Below, in pieces: positions 1-8,390 of a stretch of 64,000 nucleotides of DNA. The stretch is taken from positions 1,312,001 to 1,376,000 of the forward strand of contig OZ242005.1 in NCBI GenBank assembly GCA_965204725.1, written 5' to 3'. Position numbers and translations under genes: made by a program. The notes beneath the pieces were generated by a model that saw nothing but the letters and a program-made list of their open reading frames with translations, did no database searches and was not told the origin of the DNA. This stretch comes from Candidatus Latescibacterota bacterium (GTDB taxonomy: Bacteria; Latescibacterota; UBA2968; UBA8231). Every line of letters starts with the position of its first letter. Position 1 is the first letter of the stretch.

Positions 1-2
1 CG

Positions 3-746
3 CTGGGCGTGGAGCGCTCCTTTTCTCTGTACGTGCGGCCGCAATTCAACCGCCGCGACCCGGGCTTCGATCAGTTGCTGCTGGTCGCGCCGGCCGATAT
101 GACGCTCAGGTTTGCCGGGCTGTATGCGGGCCGAGTTGGGGCCGAGCGAGAAGTGGAGGGCGTTGAGGTCGTGCCTACGGGCGCGGACAGCTTGCGCCTC
201 TCTTTTGCCGCGATTCGGCCCAATGCGGGCATTGAGGTCGTGCGCCTCGACTTTCGCACCGCGCTCTTTGGCATCGGCGCGGTGCTGCGTGCCTCATTGC
301 AGCACAGTGCTGGGGGCGAGGGCACTTGGCAGCGGGTGGATCCGGGCAACGCGCTCGACGCGGTGGCGGGTAATACGACGACGCTGGTGGGCGATCCCAC
401 ACGCGGGGACCTGCTGCTCGACGTGGAGGTGCGCCCGCCGGCCTTTACGCCCAATGGCGATGGGGTCAACGACCGTGCGGTTTTCGCCTTGAAGGTCGTG
501 CGTCTCGACGACGATGGCCCGCTACAAGTCGCCATCTACGATCTGAGCGGTCGGCTGATGCGCCAACTTTCCGAGCAGCGAGCGACGACTACTGGGCAGT
601 ACGAGATTGCTTGGGATGGCACGGACGAGCGGGGGGGGCGCGTCCCGCCGGGCGTGTATTGTGCGTTGCTCAGGGTGGCGGTGGACAGCGGGGGATTGAG
701 CGCGGCGCGGACTGAGGTGTTGCGCACGGTGACGGTGGCCTATTGA
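3..746 (+). CDS. C-terminal part of a secreted protein with FlgD Ig-like / TPNGD (T9SS type-B CTD-like) C-terminal domain; 5' end outside window
   Basis: Frame open from the window edge; motifs FTPNGDGVND, IYDLSGRL, WDGTDERGGRVPPGVY; ends VTVAY like the paralogs at 25010-31323. Confidence 0.8.
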   Translation: MGVERSFSLYVRPQFNRRDPGFDQLLLVAPADMTLRFAGLYAGRVGAEREVEGVEVVPTGADSLRLSFAAIRPNAGIEVVRLDFRTALFGIGAVLRASLQHSAGGEGTWQRVDPGNALDAVAGNTTTLVGDPTRGDLLLDVEVRPPAFTPNGDGVNDRAVFALKVVRLDDDGPLQVAIYDLSGRLMRQLSEQRATTTGQYEIAWDGTDERGGRVPPGVYCALLRVAVDSGGLSAARTEVLRTVTVAY

Positions 747-756
747 AGGCGGCGAT

Positions 757-798
757 CATGCAGAGTACGATAACATACCCGATGCGAGAAAGGCGTGA
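757..798 (+). pseudogene. higB: 3' remnant of a HigB-family toxin gene
   Basis: Translates HAEYDNIPDARKA*, matching the HigB C-terminal THAEYD motif; ends 3 nt before the higA ATG; no room for the rest of the gene. Confidence 0.65.
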
Positions 799-801
799 AT
801 C

Positions 802-1233
802 ATGCACCGCTTAGATCCTATTCGCACTGAAGCTGATCACGAACGGGCTATGGGCCGTATTGATGAGCTGTGGGGATCGCCTATAGGCACTCCGCAGGGG
901 GAAGAATTAAAAGCCTTATTCCTGTTGGTAGAAGCCTATGAGCGTGAGTGCTATCCGGTGCCTGATGTAGATCCGCTCGTCGCCATTGAGTTCGCTATGG
1001 ACCAAGCAGGGCTGACCGCAAAGGATGTGGAATCGTTACTGGCCCAGAACGGTGTAGTGGATGCCCGTATCGACGACATTCTATCAGGCAAGCACCCACT
1101 GAGGTTAGATGTAGCCAAAGCTCTTCATCGACACTTGAACATATCGCTGGAGGATCTCATTAAAAGAGGTGGAGCGAAAAAGAGAACAGAACAGACTAGG
1201 AAGATCGCCAAGCCCTCGACCGCGCCGTCTTGA
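802..1233 (+). CDS. higA: HigA-family antitoxin / XRE HTH regulator
   Basis: PIRTEADHERAMGRIDELW...LVEAYE...DPLVAIEFAMDQAGLTAKD...ILSGKHPL...LHRHLNIS. Confidence 0.85.
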   Translation: MHRLDPIRTEADHERAMGRIDELWGSPIGTPQGEELKALFLLVEAYERECYPVPDVDPLVAIEFAMDQAGLTAKDVESLLAQNGVVDARIDDILSGKHPLRLDVAKALHRHLNISLEDLIKRGGAKKRTEQTRKIAKPSTAPS

Positions 1234-1354
1234 TCGACCTATTGCACCTGCCCGAAGCGGCCCTCGAACCGCTCGCCATTTTGCGCGACCAATGGTGCGC
1301 CGAACCAAGTGTCCACGGGGGCAAAAAGACGCGGATTGACGCTAAGAAACGCTT

Positions 1355-2809
1355 ATGAGCCATAGACCCAACATTCTTTTTTTAATGGCCGACCAGATGC
1401 AGGCCCGCGTGCTCGCGCCCGATCACGTTTGTCAAACGCCGCACTTGGACCGGCTGGCCGGGGAAGGGGTGCGTTTTACGTGCGCCTATACGCCCAACAA
1501 CATTTGCTCGCCGACTCGGGCGAGCCTGATGACCGGGCTGATGCCGCACAACCACGGGGTGCTGGAGGTGCTCTATCCCAAGGTGCCGGATCTGCACGCG
1601 TTGCGCTCCGATAAGGCGCATTGGGCCGAGCGGTTGGTAGAAGCGGGCTATCGCACCGGGTATTTCGGCAAGTGGCACATTGAGCGCGACAATGCGCTGG
1701 GCCGTTTCGGCTGGCAGGTCAACGGGGCCGTTGGCAGTGCGCTCTACAATGAATTGGTCGCCGAGGTCTTGGGCGATACGCCGCGACGACCGGAGTGCGA
1801 TCCAGCGCATTACCTCGACCGGCCGCACGGCTATGGCCCCCATCTATTCTACGGGGTGACCGACCGGCCCGCCGAAGAGCGCGGCATGGGGCTGACGACG
1901 ACGCTGGCACTGCGCTATCTGGAGGAAGCGGTACAAGGCCGCGATCCGTGGTGTGCTTTTGTCAGCCTTGAGGAGCCGCACGATCCCTTTATCGCCGGCC
2001 GCGCATGGTACGACCACTATGCCGCTCAAGCACTGCCGCCGCCGCCCAACGCCGATGACGATCTGGCGGATCGGCCGGGGCTTTACCGCCGGGCGCAGGG
2101 CATTTGGCGTCAGCTCAACGAGGAGCAAAAGCGCGAGGCGCGGGCGTGTTACTTCGCATCAATTAGCGAAATAGATGCCCAATTCGGGCGGCTGCTCAAC
2201 TTTCTCAAAGACACGGGCAACCTCGACGACGCGGTCGTGGTCCTGTGCGCCGACCACGGGGATTTGTTGGGAGCGCACGGCCTGTTTTTCAAGGACATTT
2301 CCGCTTTTGAAGAAGTGTATCAAGTGCCGCTTATTGTGCGTGGACCTACGATTGCGAGGAATGCTGTTTGCGAGGGCCGAGTCGGCTTGCACGACCTGTG
2401 CCCGACGCTGTTGGAGCTGGCCGACTGCGAGCCTATTGCGGGGGCCGACTCCCGCTCGTTTGTCGGGCTGTTGCGCGAACCGGCAACTGTCGCCGCCGAA
2501 TGGACCCGAGGGTATGCCGAATACTTTGGCAACCGCCACCGGCTAACGCAACGGGTGGTGTGGGATGGGCCGTGGAAGTTCGTGTTTAACGGCTTTGATT
2601 TCGACGAGCTATACCAGCTCGACGACGACCCTTATGAAATGAAGAATCTGGCGCAGGAGCCTGCTTATGCCGAGCAGGTCGAGAAAATGACGCGGCTGTA
2701 TTGGCGTTATGCCCGCGACACAGGCGACACGCCCCTTGTTGAAACGCTCTATCCCGCGCTGCGTTTGGGTGCCGTGGGGCCGCTGGCGGCGGATGAAAAC
2801 CCTGCGTAG
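1355..2809 (+). CDS. Sulfatase (formylglycine-dependent, Cys-type)
   Basis: PNILFLMADQ, CSPTRASLMTG, GYFGKWH, ADHGD, ELYQLDDDPYEMKNLA. Confidence 0.93.
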   Translation: MSHRPNILFLMADQMQARVLAPDHVCQTPHLDRLAGEGVRFTCAYTPNNICSPTRASLMTGLMPHNHGVLEVLYPKVPDLHALRSDKAHWAERLVEAGYRTGYFGKWHIERDNALGRFGWQVNGAVGSALYNELVAEVLGDTPRRPECDPAHYLDRPHGYGPHLFYGVTDRPAEERGMGLTTTLALRYLEEAVQGRDPWCAFVSLEEPHDPFIAGRAWYDHYAAQALPPPPNADDDLADRPGLYRRAQGIWRQLNEEQKREARACYFASISEIDAQFGRLLNFLKDTGNLDDAVVVLCADHGDLLGAHGLFFKDISAFEEVYQVPLIVRGPTIARNAVCEGRVGLHDLCPTLLELADCEPIAGADSRSFVGLLREPATVAAEWTRGYAEYFGNRHRLTQRVVWDGPWKFVFNGFDFDELYQLDDDPYEMKNLAQEPAYAEQVEKMTRLYWRYARDTGDTPLVETLYPALRLGAVGPLAADENPA

Positions 2810-2818
2810 ATGCAGGTA

Positions 2819-3670
2819 TTATTCCGCTTCCAAGATCTCTGGGTCGAGTTGATACCAGAATACCTCGCCGGATTCGATGAGGTCCTGTACTCGGCGATCT
2901 CGGCGCAGGCCCGCGACCGCCGCATAGGTGCGCTTGCCGATGAGTTGGGCTAGGAACGCGGCGTTGCGCTGGGCGCGGGTCGTGTCGCGCCCGTTGACCG
3001 TGAAGGAGATTTCCACGGCGACGTAGCAGGGCTCGCCGTTGTCTGGATCGGTGGCCTCCATAATCAAGTCGGCTCGGCGGAAGCTCTGCAACTCGTTGGG
3101 AGGAATATCTGCTGGGACGTGCTCGGTCAGTGCCCAGAGGTCGGCCGGGGTGAGATCCTTAATCCACCGAAGGCCCATGCTACCGGCGATGAAGGGGGCC
3201 TCTCTGAGAGCGGCGTTCCGGGCGTGGGCCCCTTTGAGTATGCCTACATCGTCTTGGACGGACTGCACTCTCGTTTTGAGTATGCCTACATCGTCTTGGA
3301 CGGACTGCACTCTCGTTTCGAGGGCCTCAAAGCGCTTGTCCGTAGCCGCGGCAAAGCTGTTCATCTCGGCGACGAAGCTGTTCATCTTGACGATGAATTT
3401 GTTGGTTTCAGCAATGAATTTGCTGGTTTCGGCGATGAATTTGTTGGTCTCGGCAATGAATTTGCTGGTTTCAGCAATGAATTTGTTGGTTTCGGCGGCA
3501 AAGCTATTCATCTCGGCGACAAAGCTGTTCATCTCTGCGGCGAACTGGGCAAATTTTTCGGGCAGGTTGAGTAGGTCGGGCGTCAGCAGCCGAGTACGCA
3601 GGGCTTCAACCCATTCGGGGTTTTCGTCCAGTGCGTGCAATAGGTCTTCTACGGTGTGAATGATGGTCAT
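2819..3670 (-). CDS. Coiled-coil heptad-repeat protein with putative C-terminal PD-(D/E)XK-like domain
   Basis: About 10 heptads F(A/V/I)AE(M/T)(N/S)(S/K); C-terminal ADLIMEA...YVAVEISFT. Confidence 0.7.
   Translation of the reverse strand: MTIIHTVEDLLHALDENPEWVEALRTRLLTPDLLNLPEKFAQFAAEMNSFVAEMNSFAAETNKFIAETSKFIAETNKFIAETSKFIAETNKFIVKMNSFVAEMNSFAAATDKRFEALETRVQSVQDDVGILKTRVQSVQDDVGILKGAHARNAALREAPFIAGSMGLRWIKDLTPADLWALTEHVPADIPPNELQSFRRADLIMEATDPDNGEPCYVAVEISFTVNGRDTTRAQRNAAFLAQLIGKRTYAAVAGLRRDRRVQDLIESGEVFWYQLDPEILEAE
3233..3316. repeat. Perfect 42-bp tandem duplication inside the CDS
   Basis: tttgagtatgcctacatcgtcttggacggactgcactctcgt at 3233 and 3275 (TRVQSVQDDVGILK x2). Confidence 0.95.
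3345..3546. repeat. Degenerate 21-bp tandem repeat encoding heptads
   Basis: Repeated atgaattt(g/t)(t/c)tggt(t/c)tc(a/g)gc and aagct(g/a)ttcatct units with 21-bp period. Confidence 0.9.
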
Positions 3671-3718
3671 AGCTTTCCTGCGCGGGCCGTTTTAGCTCGC
3701 GTCCGATTGGCCAGAGAG

Positions 3719-3747
3719 AATGTACGCTAACGGGAAGGAATTTTCAA
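3719..3747 (-). promoter_or_regulatory. Putative sigma70 promoter for 2819-3670
   Basis: Minus strand TTGAAA-17 nt-TACATT. Confidence 0.55.
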
Positions 3748-3793
3748 TTCGTTGGGAACGCACTTGCTACGCGACACCAGCGGCCCGCTTGCC

Positions 3794-3858
3794 AAGGATC
3801 GAGGGCATCTTGCCCTCGTCGAGGGCGGGACGCCCTCGATCCTGGACGCAGCGGCAAC
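3794..3858. repeat. REP-like palindromic element, copy 1
   Basis: aaggatcgagggcatcttgccctcgtcgagggcgggacgccctcgatcctgga; related copy at 6868-6912. Confidence 0.8.
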
Positions 3859-3924
3859 CAACATCGGCCACATCTACTTTGAGCAAGGCCGCTTGGACGA
3901 GGCGATCTGAGCCATTGAGGAGCA

Positions 3925-3953
3925 TTGACAACACAAGAGCCGTTTGTTATGAC
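3925..3953 (+). promoter_or_regulatory. Putative sigma70 promoter for 4049-4993
   Basis: TTGACA-17 nt-TATGAC with TGn extension. Confidence 0.5.
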
Positions 3954-4048
3954 TAACAACTCAATGCCGCTGCAAAGTGCGCTCCGAGTTCATCGGCGCG
4001 AGAATTTTGCGGCAACCCCCATTTTAGGATAGGAGAGGGAGACAAGCC

Positions 4049-4993
4049 ATGAGGAAACTATTAACGCTGAGTGTGGCCGTATCGCTTTTGGGGCTCGGCT
4101 CGCCTTCTTTGGCACATGTGCCCGAGGGGCTAATTCTGGGCGTCTGGCAGTGGCCCACGTCGCATCTGCCGGTGATGGACGGCGATATTTCCGAGTGGGA
4201 CGTAGTGCCCGACAATTTGTGGCTCACGCCGTTCAGCGAGTTCAACGGCGAGCTCCTGCACGTGGTAGTAGCCGGCGAGGTTGGAGCCGAGGTCAATACC
4301 GCCGATCTGAACTTCCGCTGGACCGCAGGCTGGAACGACGAGCTGGACCGCCTCTACTTCGTCTATGACCGCTTCGACGATCTATGGGATCGCGATGCCG
4401 GCGGCGTGGGCGGGGCGGGCGGAGACGACAGCTTTGAGATCAACCTCGACGCCAACCACGGCGGCGATGTCTCGTGGTTTGGCGCCGACGATTTCGACAC
4501 CGAAGAGGAAGTGCTGCGCAACCGGGGCCGCCTCAACCAGATGAGCCACTACCGCTGGCCGCCGATGGAGCCGATTGGCTGGAACTGGCTTTGGGCCTCA
4601 AGCGCCACTTGGCACGACGTCGAGCCTTATTCCTGCTGCGGCGATTCCTTCAACCTCAACGGCGCACACGCCACCGAGGCGACCTTCCAAGCGGAGTGGT
4701 GGACCGTGGGCTGGGACGATTTCGACCATGCGTCGCCTGAAAACAGCGTCCAGCACGCCTTCAGCGAAAACGATATTATCGGCTTGGGGATCTCGATCAT
4801 CGACAACGACGTGGGCACGGACAACGAGACCGACCGCCGCTTCGCCGCTTGGCGCATGGGCGGTCAGCGCTGCGGCAACGGCGACGGCAAGTGCATCACC
4901 GACTTCATCTTGCTGCCAGCGCAGCCGGATCTGTTGCCAACCTCCGTTGAAAACGATAGCTGGGGTCACATCAAGGCTTCGTACATGCAGTAG
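4049..4993 (+). CDS. Secreted CBM9/DOMON-like protein with C-terminal TSVENDSWGHIK tail
   Basis: Signal peptide; MDGDISEW, GWNDELDRLYF, DDSFEINLDANH, IIGLGISIIDND; homolog at 23288. Confidence 0.7.
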   Translation: MRKLLTLSVAVSLLGLGSPSLAHVPEGLILGVWQWPTSHLPVMDGDISEWDVVPDNLWLTPFSEFNGELLHVVVAGEVGAEVNTADLNFRWTAGWNDELDRLYFVYDRFDDLWDRDAGGVGGAGGDDSFEINLDANHGGDVSWFGADDFDTEEEVLRNRGRLNQMSHYRWPPMEPIGWNWLWASSATWHDVEPYSCCGDSFNLNGAHATEATFQAEWWTVGWDDFDHASPENSVQHAFSENDIIGLGISIIDNDVGTDNETDRRFAAWRMGGQRCGNGDGKCITDFILLPAQPDLLPTSVENDSWGHIKASYMQ

Positions 4994-5020
4994 TTGGCCC
5001 GGTGGTTTTCGGGTTGGACT

Positions 5021-5061
5021 AGGGGAGGCAGATCAACGGCGATCTGCCTCCCTTGTTTTTT
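5021..5061 (+). terminator. Rho-independent terminator
   Basis: gggaggcagatc-aacggc-gatctgcctccc followed by ttgtttttt. Confidence 0.85.
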
Positions 5062-5076
5062 AGTGCCTAGGATACC

Positions 5077-6729
5077 ATGACGCGGAAGAAAATTCTCGTC
5101 CTGCTGGCGTTTTTCGCCTGTGTTAGTGTTGTGTATGCCTTTGCCGAGCGGCAGGCGCGGACGAGGCAGGCGACGCAGACCGAGCGGCGTATCGACTGGG
5201 ATGCGGTGGTTGACGACCCAGCCGAGCGGCTCGAAATCTCTTGGATGAGCATCCCGCGCTTTCCCACCGCGCGCGAGGGCACCTATAGCGAAAAGCGGCT
5301 CGAAGCGCGGTTCAACGTTGAACTCAAGCCGCTGTTTATCAGTCATTTTGCCTATATGCGGCGTCGGCCGCTGGTTTTTGCCGGCGGCAATGTGCCCGAT
5401 TTGTTCTACGCTGGCGATCCGGTCGTGGTGCAAAAGGACGCCCACCACGGCTATGCGCTGCCCATTCCCTACGAGGTCATCCAAAAACACGCGCCCAACT
5501 ACGTGCGCTATCTCAACCAATACGCGCCTTGGGCTTGGCTCTACGCCTACTGGAAGGGGGCCAACTACGGCATCCCCACGTGGGGCAGTAGTCTCGGTTA
5601 TCCCGTGCCGGGGATCTGGCGGATGGACTGGCTCCGCAACGTCGGCATCGACGAGGTGCCGGAGACCCTCGACGAGATGTACGCGGCGCTGTGGAAGTTT
5701 CGCCATGAAGACCCGGATGGCAATGGCATACAGGACACCTACGGCATGTGCCCCAACGCGCAGGCTTGGTTCAACGTCTTTGGCGAGGTCTTCGGGGCCT
5801 ACGGGATCGTGCCGCACGGCTGGATGCTACGCGACGGCGAGGTGGTGTGGGGCGGGACTCGCCCCGAGGTCAAAGAAATCCTACGCCTTTTGCGCCGGTG
5901 GTACGCCGACGGGCTGATTGACCCCGACTTTGCGATCGGCCAAATCAAGAGCAGCCCGATACCCTATCAGAAATTCGTCAGCGGCAAGACGGGTTATCTG
6001 TTCGGCCAAGGCAGCTATAACAGCTTTGACCAGTACAATAAGGCGTCGTTGGTATCGGTCATTGCCGAGTTGCAGCCGGGGGCCGAGGTGGTGGCTGGGC
6101 CGTTCCCGGCCGGTCCGCAAGGCATCCGCGGGGGGCGGGTGTGGAGCGCGGCCGCCCACGTTTTCGTCTTTGGCAAGCAGGTGGCGGCCGCGCCTGAGAA
6201 GGTCGTGCGGATGCTCAAAATTTTCGAGGCACTCGCTGTTGAGGAGAAGCTCTTTGTGGAGGTGCGGATGGGCCAGCGGGGCGTGCATTGGGAGTTCGAT
6301 GCCGAGCGCGGCCTGTACCATCTGCCGCCCTACGACGACCGCAACGTCGCCAACAAGCATCTGACCGTGTTGAACGTCGATGGTCCGGGCGGCTTTTTCG
6401 CGCCCTGCGGGGTCCGGCCCGCCATTGCCGATAAGTACCTGCCGACAGCCATGCTGCAACACCGCGACCGCTATCAGCGCACGGAGTGGGCGCAAGCCGG
6501 CCTGTTCGGCAAGCCGGACGTGGTGCCTTCGTCGATCAAGCACTTGCGCGATCTACGCAATTTGCAGATGACCGCGTACGCCGAGATCGTGCGCGGCGAG
6601 CGCCCCCTCGACTATTTCGACGATTTTGTGGCCGAATGGATGGAACGGGGTGGGGCGGAGATGACCCGAGAGGCGCGGGAAATCTACGAGGTGCGGGCGG
6701 AGATTTACAAAAGGGTCGGGGTTGAGTAG
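5077..6729 (+). CDS. Carbohydrate ABC transporter substrate-binding protein (LplA-like)
   Basis: N-terminal hydrophobic segment; RMDWLRNVGIDEVPETLDEMY...DPDGNGIQDTYG, WYADGLIDPDF, FDDFVAEWMERGG. Confidence 0.85.
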   Translation: MTRKKILVLLAFFACVSVVYAFAERQARTRQATQTERRIDWDAVVDDPAERLEISWMSIPRFPTAREGTYSEKRLEARFNVELKPLFISHFAYMRRRPLVFAGGNVPDLFYAGDPVVVQKDAHHGYALPIPYEVIQKHAPNYVRYLNQYAPWAWLYAYWKGANYGIPTWGSSLGYPVPGIWRMDWLRNVGIDEVPETLDEMYAALWKFRHEDPDGNGIQDTYGMCPNAQAWFNVFGEVFGAYGIVPHGWMLRDGEVVWGGTRPEVKEILRLLRRWYADGLIDPDFAIGQIKSSPIPYQKFVSGKTGYLFGQGSYNSFDQYNKASLVSVIAELQPGAEVVAGPFPAGPQGIRGGRVWSAAAHVFVFGKQVAAAPEKVVRMLKIFEALAVEEKLFVEVRMGQRGVHWEFDAERGLYHLPPYDDRNVANKHLTVLNVDGPGGFFAPCGVRPAIADKYLPTAMLQHRDRYQRTEWAQAGLFGKPDVVPSSIKHLRDLRNLQMTAYAEIVRGERPLDYFDDFVAEWMERGGAEMTREAREIYEVRAEIYKRVGVE

Positions 6730-6736
6730 GGACGCC

Positions 6737-6810
6737 CCTTTAAGTTCTTCGAGGACTGATATGCAGTCCTACATCCTTCAAGACTGGATTCCCGCTTTCG
6801 CGGGAATGAC
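6737..6810. mobile_element. Truncated MITE ends joined back-to-back plus a gtcattcccgcgaaagcgggaatccag palindrome
   Basis: Both halves resemble the two termini of the 8836-8971 element; junction palindrome aggactg-atatg-cagtcct at 6752-6770. Confidence 0.6.
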
Positions 6811-6867
6811 CCCTAGCGTCGTCAGGCAAGACGAGCCAAAAGCAACATGAGTTTTAAGAATGCTTCT

Positions 6868-6912
6868 AAGGATCGAGGGCGGGACGCCCTCGATCCTGGA
6901 TTCAGCCGCAAC
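6868..6912. repeat. REP-like palindromic element, copy 2
   Basis: aaggatcgagggcgggacgccctcgatcctggattcagccgcaac. Confidence 0.8.
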
Positions 6913-6941
6913 GCCAGAAAATGCGTACTGAGGAGACCGAT

Positions 6942-8381
6942 ATGAATGTACTACACATCCTCTCCGATCAGCACCAAGCGGCCTGCATGGGCTGCGAAGG
7001 CCACGTGCAGGCGCAGACGCCCAACTTGGATCGGCTGGCCAGCGAGGGGACGCGCTTTGCGGTTGCGTACACCCAGAACCCAATTTGTACGCCCAGCCGC
7101 ATGAGCATCTATACCGGGCAGTACTGCCACAATCACGGTTTCTTCGGTTTGGGCGGGCCGTGCCCGGAGGGGATGCAGAGTTTTCTCGGCCATTTTAGGC
7201 GGCACGGGTACAAGACAGCGGTAATCGGCAAGACCCACGTGCCCAACCAGCCGCGCGATTGGCTGTTGGACCACGTTGACTGCTGGATGTCTGCCACCTC
7301 GACGCCAGTGCCGGCCGCAGGCGGTCTGTCGCCGTATCAAACGTTTCTGGCCGGTGCCGGTCTGTTGGAGCAAAACGACAACTTCCGCATCACCGGCTAC
7401 CCCGCCCTCCATCCCGTTGGTCTGCCTCAGAACCAGTTCCGCGCCCGGCCGTCGGACCTGCCGCTGGAGTTCAATGTCGAGAGTTGGTGCGTGGACCGGG
7501 CGCTTGAATTTATGGAGGGGTGCGCGGGCGACCCCTTCTGTATGCAGGTCTCGTTGCCGCGCCCACACGCGCCCTATACGCCGGATCAGAAGTTCTGGGA
7601 TATGTATGCGGCCGACCTCGCGTTGCCGGAGACCTATTACCAAGATCCATCGGGACGCCCGCCGCATTTCCGCGACATGCATGCGCGGTTTCAGCGGGCT
7701 TGGGCGGAGGAGGCGTGGTCGCCGGAGGAAGGGGCGCGCAATATATGGCGCGGCTATCTGGGCTGCGTGACGCAGGTTGACTACTGCATTGGCCGCCTGT
7801 TGGACTATCTCGACGAGCGCGGCTTGGCCGAAGATACGATAGTCGTCTATAACTCCGACCACGGCGCGTACAGCACGGCTTTTGGCATTCAGGAAAAGGC
7901 TCCCGGGATATGCTCGGAGGCCGTGTGTCGGGTGCCGATGCTCTGGCGGGTGCCGGGCGTTGCGGCTGGGGGTCGGGTTTGCGACGCGCTGGTGGAAAAC
8001 GTCGATTTGGCCCCGACGTTTATGAACCTCTGCGGGTTGCCGGCCATGGCGGGCATGGACGGGGCGGATATTAGCGAGTTGTTGCGGGGCGGAACCGATC
8101 CCGTACATGAGGTGGCCGTAACCGAGCATCGGCACAGCAAGGCGTTGCGCTGGGGGACGTGGCGTTACGTGCATTATCAACCGGAGGATTTCGGGGCCGA
8201 TTGCGGCGAGCTCTACGACTTGGAGGCCGATCCGCACGAGGCCCGCAATTTGTACGGCGAGCAGGCGTACCAAGCGGTCGTCGAGCAGTGCGAAAAACTC
8301 CTGTGCCACTGGCTGATTTCGACGCGGCAGCATCGCACGGCGTTTTTGGTGGGGGCGTGGAATGAGACGAATTACGCCTGA
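6942..8381 (+). CDS. Sulfatase (Cys-type)
   Basis: RBS gaggag before ATG 6942; NVLHILSDQH, CTPSRMS, IGKTH, SDHG, ELYDLEADPHE. Confidence 0.92.
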   Translation: MNVLHILSDQHQAACMGCEGHVQAQTPNLDRLASEGTRFAVAYTQNPICTPSRMSIYTGQYCHNHGFFGLGGPCPEGMQSFLGHFRRHGYKTAVIGKTHVPNQPRDWLLDHVDCWMSATSTPVPAAGGLSPYQTFLAGAGLLEQNDNFRITGYPALHPVGLPQNQFRARPSDLPLEFNVESWCVDRALEFMEGCAGDPFCMQVSLPRPHAPYTPDQKFWDMYAADLALPETYYQDPSGRPPHFRDMHARFQRAWAEEAWSPEEGARNIWRGYLGCVTQVDYCIGRLLDYLDERGLAEDTIVVYNSDHGAYSTAFGIQEKAPGICSEAVCRVPMLWRVPGVAAGGRVCDALVENVDLAPTFMNLCGLPAMAGMDGADISELLRGGTDPVHEVAVTEHRHSKALRWGTWRYVHYQPEDFGADCGELYDLEADPHEARNLYGEQAYQAVVEQCEKLLCHWLISTRQHRTAFLVGAWNETNYA

Positions 8382-8390
8382 GAGGGTCTC

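Noticed and set aside
3233-3546. Repeats as a possible CRISPR array
   Set aside because: Units are contiguous, in frame and without spacers, so this is a coding tandem repeat.
3039-3659. Plus-strand ORFs with SAMNLLV repeats
   Set aside because: Mirror of the minus-strand heptad repeat; the minus gene has the promoter and protein-like sequence.
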